32,000 bases of DNA from Candidatus Helarchaeota ASGARD archaeon Hel_GB_B (lineage in GTDB: Archaea > Asgardarchaeota > Lokiarchaeia > Helarchaeales > HEL-GB-B): NCBI GenBank assembly GCA_005191425.1, contig SUPR01000014.1, forward strand, positions 1 to 32,000, given 5' to 3'. Of this stretch, positions 28,131 to 32,000 are shown one piece after another. A model generated the notes under the pieces. The model did not search any database and was not told the DNA's origin. It saw only the letters and a program-made list of their open reading frames with translations. The translations under genes and the position numbers were made by a program. Position 1 is the first letter of the stretch. Every line of letters starts with the position of its first letter.

Positions 28131-28382
28131 ATTGCTATTATCCACAAAAAATATAAATTAAAAGTAAATAGAAAACTTTGCATTGACCCCCTTGAATGTG
28201 GAATAAAATGCGTTAAAGCATGTCCTTTTAAGTTATTAGCATATATCCAAACTAAAACTCCACCACCTGGAGCTCCTCCAGAGCGATATAAGATTGTTTT
28301 CGCCTTTAATATTTTATGTTATAATTGCGGGAAATGCCAGGAAGCATGCCCAGTTAATGCTATTTCCATTAAATTAATATAA
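28131..28382 (+). CDS. Unannotated ferredoxin (about 83 aa) with a probable ATT start
   Basis: Translated by hand: IAIIHKKYKLKVNRKLCIDPLECGIKCVKACPFKLLAYIQTKTPPPGAPPERYKIVFAFNILCYNCGKCQEACPVNAISIKLI*. GGAGG at 28123-28127; no in-frame ATG/GTG/TTG after the upstream stop at 28113-28115. Confidence 0.88.
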   Translation: MAIIHKKYKLKVNRKLCIDPLECGIKCVKACPFKLLAYIQTKTPPPGAPPERYKIVFAFNILCYNCGKCQEACPVNAISIKLI

Positions 28383-28824
28383 TTAACGTATTTCTTTAAT
28401 TATGAAAAAAGTTATAATCTTATTGTTTAATCAATGTTTATATTCTCCTTTTTTAACACCCCTCATTTGACAATTTATTTTTTCAATTAAAAAAATATTT
28501 TAAAGGAAATCTTTATCTGTTTTCTAATTAAAAATAAAATTTTATTAAATGAGTAAAGAACAAAAAATATACTTAAATAATATGAGTATTTTATAAGGAG
28601 AAATATTATTATAATTTTAAAACAAAAATTCCATTTAATTTTTATTTAAATCAATAATGAAAAAAATAAAGACTTTTTTACCTATACTTTATTAAAAAAT
28701 CATTAGATTAATCTTTAAACATATAAATATTTAAATTACGAATAAAATAAAATTAATTAAATATATTTTATTAATAGTTTCATATTAAAGAAAATAACTC
28801 TTTTTATAAATTAGGTGATTAAAA

Positions 28825-30540
28825 ATGGTTTATTATAAAGTCGAAGGAGACAGATTATGGTATAAATATTGGCCAGAAGATATTCCCAAGAATATAGACA
28901 TACCTGATGATATAAGTATTGATGATATGCTTAAGGGTACAGTTTCAAAATATCCAGATTATCCTGCGATGGTATTTAAAGGAAAAACGTGGAATTACAA
29001 ACAATTAGATGAAGCAGTAGATGCATTTGCAAAAGGTTTACAAGATTTAGGACTACAAAAAGGGGATAGAGTTTGTATTAATATGCCAAATCTTCCTCAA
29101 TATATGATTGCATTTTTTGGAGTTATGAGAGCTGGTGGTGTAGTAAGTCCTATTGTACCACTCCAAAAGGCCGCTGAAATTCGTCACCAGATCAATGACT
29201 CAGGAGCAAAAATGTTGATTATACTTGATGTATTTTATGAAGAAGAAGTTCAAAAAATAATTGATGAATTACCACTTGAAAAAGTAATTTTAACTGGTAT
29301 TGGGGAGGCGTTAAAACCTTTTGTCCGAATAATCGGAAACCTCTTAGGAAAAGTTCCGAAAATGAAAAAATGGCCAACTGGTGATAAGTTTGTCAAATTT
29401 AAAGATTTACTTAAATCGCAAGGTAAGCCAAAAGAGGTAAAATTTGATACTAAAAATGATTTAGCAGTTTTAATGTATACAGGAGGTACAACTGGACTAC
29501 CTAAAGGAGCTATGTTGAGTCATTTTAATCTTGTAGCTAATTGTTACCAATGTGAAGCTTGGATCCCTGGTACTGAACCTGGAAAAGAAGCGACAGTTGG
29601 TGCACTCCCATTTTCTCATATATTTGGTCTTACTACTATGATGCTAGTTGCTATTAAACTTGGTGCTAAATGTATTCTTATTCCTGATCCAAAAGATATA
29701 CCTGACCTTATTTCTAATATTGTCAATAATAAGGGAACTTTATTTAGTGGTGTAAATACTCTATTTAATAAGATTAATAATGATCCCAAAGCTAAAAAAT
29801 TTGATTTATCATGTTTAAATTCAGCTCTCAGTGGTGCAGGGCCATTAGCATTAGATGTCCAAGAAAAATTTGAAAAATTAACTGGTGCGAGAATTGTGGA
29901 AGGATACGGATTAACTGAAACATCACCAGTAGTTTCTGCAAATCCACTTAGTCAAAAAGGTAAAAGAAAGATTGGGACTGTTGGATTTCCATTTCCCAAT
30001 ACTGATGTCAAGATTGTTGACCCGAGTACAAAAGAAGAAATACCCCAACCAGGTAAGGAAGAAGATGTTTCTACCCACGGAGAAATTGCAGTTAAAGGCC
30101 CACAAGTATTTTTAGGGTATTATAATAGGCCCGATGCTACTAAAAAAGATCTTCGTGATGGATGGGTATATACGGGTGATATTGGGTATTTTGATGAAGA
30201 CGGATATTTGCATATAATGGACAGGTTAAAAGACTTGATTAAATACAAAGGGCACTCGGTATATCCACGAGAAGTCGAAGATTTGATGTATCAATATGAA
30301 CCGATTAATGAAGTCGGTGTAATCGGAGTTAAACTAGAAAGTGGTGAAGAAACCATTAAAGCATTTGTCTCATTAAAAGATGAATATAAAGGTAAAATTT
30401 CAGTTGAGGACATTCAAAATTGGTGTAAAGAAAACATCGCCGGTTATAAATGGCCCAGAATTATAGAAATTATCGATGAAGTTCCTACAACTAACGTCGG
30501 AAAAGTACTTCGTCGAAAATTAAGAGAACGCATAGAATAA
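28825..30540 (+). CDS. Long-chain acyl-CoA synthetase (AMP-forming, FadD/LcfA-like)
   Basis: YTGGTTGLPKGAMLSH, LPFSHIFG, EGYGLTETSP, GEIAVKGPQVFLGY, YTGDIG, DRLKDLIKYKG, GKVLRRKL; AGGTGA RBS. Confidence 0.95.
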   Translation: MVYYKVEGDRLWYKYWPEDIPKNIDIPDDISIDDMLKGTVSKYPDYPAMVFKGKTWNYKQLDEAVDAFAKGLQDLGLQKGDRVCINMPNLPQYMIAFFGVMRAGGVVSPIVPLQKAAEIRHQINDSGAKMLIILDVFYEEEVQKIIDELPLEKVILTGIGEALKPFVRIIGNLLGKVPKMKKWPTGDKFVKFKDLLKSQGKPKEVKFDTKNDLAVLMYTGGTTGLPKGAMLSHFNLVANCYQCEAWIPGTEPGKEATVGALPFSHIFGLTTMMLVAIKLGAKCILIPDPKDIPDLISNIVNNKGTLFSGVNTLFNKINNDPKAKKFDLSCLNSALSGAGPLALDVQEKFEKLTGARIVEGYGLTETSPVVSANPLSQKGKRKIGTVGFPFPNTDVKIVDPSTKEEIPQPGKEEDVSTHGEIAVKGPQVFLGYYNRPDATKKDLRDGWVYTGDIGYFDEDGYLHIMDRLKDLIKYKGHSVYPREVEDLMYQYEPINEVGVIGVKLESGEETIKAFVSLKDEYKGKISVEDIQNWCKENIAGYKWPRIIEIIDEVPTTNVGKVLRRKLRERIE

Positions 30541-30668
30541 AATACTTATTTTATTCAATTTTTAAATCATTTTTTATATATTTTTTCTGATTAAACATGA
30601 ATTTAATTTTTTAGAACAAAAAATATGAAAATAATTAAAAATAAAAATAGTTTGATTTTATATTTCTT

Positions 30669-31862
30669 TTAGATAATTGCAAATTTCCTTAGTATTTCTT
30701 TAAATTCTTCGTCAGTTAATGCTGATTTTCTTATTCCGCTTCCAAATAAATGTTTTTGCAAATAATTTGTAAGGTTCTTTATACGACTATCTTTTTCATT
30801 AATTTCAGGCATAAATTCTTTAATTTTATAAATAATTACTTTTTTACCTGAATATGGGCCAACAAGTAATCTCCGGACATTTCCAACGCTTTCAGGGGGA
30901 AATGGTTCATATGTCTCTGGGTGCTGTATTATACCTGCCGTATGAATTCCTGATTGATGAGTAAAAGCATTCATCCCTACTATTGCCTTATTAGATGGAA
31001 TTCTTACTTCAGTGGCTTTGGATATTTTTTTACAGACTTCCGTTAAATATTTAACATTATATTTATCTACTCCATGGTGGAATTTTAAGTTCATTATTAC
31101 TTTTTCTGTTTCTGCATTTCCTGAACGCTCTCCCATTCCTAACATAGTAGTTGATGCCCACTTACAACCATGAGATAAAGCAATTAAAGTATTTGAAACT
31201 GCATTTCCCAAGTCATCATGTCCATGATATTCAAAATTGATTTTAAAATGAGTACATAAATATTCGATTTTATCTGGAATACTTTTATTAATTGAAATTG
31301 TCTCACTAGTATGATGTGGACTACCTACCCCTACTGTATCACATATCCTATATGTATCTATCTTTAAATCTTCCAATAATTGAATAATCTTTAGCTCAAA
31401 ATCCCAATCTGCTCTTGTACAGTCTTCTCCATGATAAAAAACTCTAAGGCCATGGTCTATTGCATATTGAACTATCTCTTCTATCCTTTTATATGCAGTT
31501 TCACGGTCTATATTTAATTTATATTTAAGATGAATATCTGAAATGGGGTGTGAAATACCTACTTCTTTTATATTAGGAAGATGCAATGCGTCGTCTATAT
31601 CACTTTTGTTAGCTCGAACCCAAATAGCAACTCTTGTTTTATCCGGAATTTCTGACTCCAATATTAACCTTGCAGATTGTCGATCAATGTCATACCAGGT
31701 ACCAAACATTTCAATACGTTCTATATTAATTTTTGATAATAATCTTGCAATTTCTAGCCTCTCTTCAGGGTTAGGTGCCCTAATGCCTGGCATCTGTACT
31801 CCATCGCGCAGCGTAGTATCGTCTATACACCTTGTCATCATCTCTTTTTGAGATAAAGTCAC
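30669..31862 (-). CDS. DRE-TIM metallo-lyase of the homocitrate/isopropylmalate/citramalate synthase family, without a C-terminal regulatory domain (homocitrate-synthase-like)
   Basis: DTTLRDGVQ, SDIHL, GEDCTRAD, ICDTVG, HGHDDLG.A..N, GMGERSGNA, NKAIVG.NAFTHQSGIH. Confidence 0.88.
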   Translation of the reverse strand: MTLSQKEMMTRCIDDTTLRDGVQMPGIRAPNPEERLEIARLLSKINIERIEMFGTWYDIDRQSARLILESEIPDKTRVAIWVRANKSDIDDALHLPNIKEVGISHPISDIHLKYKLNIDRETAYKRIEEIVQYAIDHGLRVFYHGEDCTRADWDFELKIIQLLEDLKIDTYRICDTVGVGSPHHTSETISINKSIPDKIEYLCTHFKINFEYHGHDDLGNAVSNTLIALSHGCKWASTTMLGMGERSGNAETEKVIMNLKFHHGVDKYNVKYLTEVCKKISKATEVRIPSNKAIVGMNAFTHQSGIHTAGIIQHPETYEPFPPESVGNVRRLLVGPYSGKKVIIYKIKEFMPEINEKDSRIKNLTNYLQKHLFGSGIRKSALTDEEFKEILRKFAII

Positions 31863-32000
31863 ATTAACACCTTTTAAAAAATTAAATTATTTTTTTAACA
31901 AAATTATGTAAATTTTTTTAGTTTTAAAAGAAAAATTAATTATTAATATGTTAAAATTATTTCTTATTTTTAAAATATTTCGACAATATGTGATTTTTTA

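Noticed and set aside
5964-31851. Short opposite-strand ORFs in the track (5964-6221, 7622-7852, 8696-8893, 9055-9240, 9256-9462, 9896-10081, 13015-13206, 13213-13521, 14086-14298, 14434-14865, 19273-19521, 19834-20085, 20227-20832, 22180-22494, 22762-22947, 27844-28065, 29923-30105, 31543-31851)
   Set aside because: All lie antisense to well-supported genes, have the Ser/Ile/Phe/Leu-rich composition typical of shadow ORFs, and show no motifs or RBS.
1-32000. tRNA, rRNA, CRISPR array, transposase, or selenocysteine/pyrrolysine recoding
   Set aside because: No GC-rich structured RNA-like segment, regularly spaced repeats or transposase motifs were seen, and no in-frame TGA/TAG interrupts a conserved domain.

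Overview
Very AT-rich archaeal DNA. The gene content points to an Asgard archaeon, probably Lokiarchaeia in the broad sense (inference, not a database result): a longin-domain protein, an Arf/Rag-like small GTPase, SNAP/TPR solenoids, a divergent TFB, many CPxC zinc-ribbon proteins and GGTGA/GGAGG ribosome-binding sites. About 27 protein-coding genes are supportable; I see no rRNA, tRNA, CRISPR array or intact mobile element. The metabolic genes are a GctA/B-type CoA-transferase pair, an L-rhamnose/xylose-isomerase-family enzyme, bacterial-type glyA and folD, DUF362/Fe-S proteins, a D-aminoacylase-family amidohydrolase, two acyl-CoA ligases, a nitroreductase, a flippase split by a T10 run and a homocitrate-synthase-like enzyme. 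The most interesting observations are: (1) a membrane protein with four colinear motifs matching eukaryotic CLN6, in a locus with lipid-related enzymes; (2) a double-length SNAP-like solenoid with a SNAP-type C-terminus, followed by an unannotated 45-aa mini-gene paralogous to the N-terminus of the next gene and by a convergent TPR gene; (3) longin-multi-TM, C2-like and GTPase-coiled-coil architectures; (4) several genes that appear to start at ATT/ATA/ACG codons and were missed or truncated by the ORF track; (5) operator-like repeats between tfb and the SNAP-like gene. All family assignments come from motif recognition by eye and need HMM or structure confirmation.
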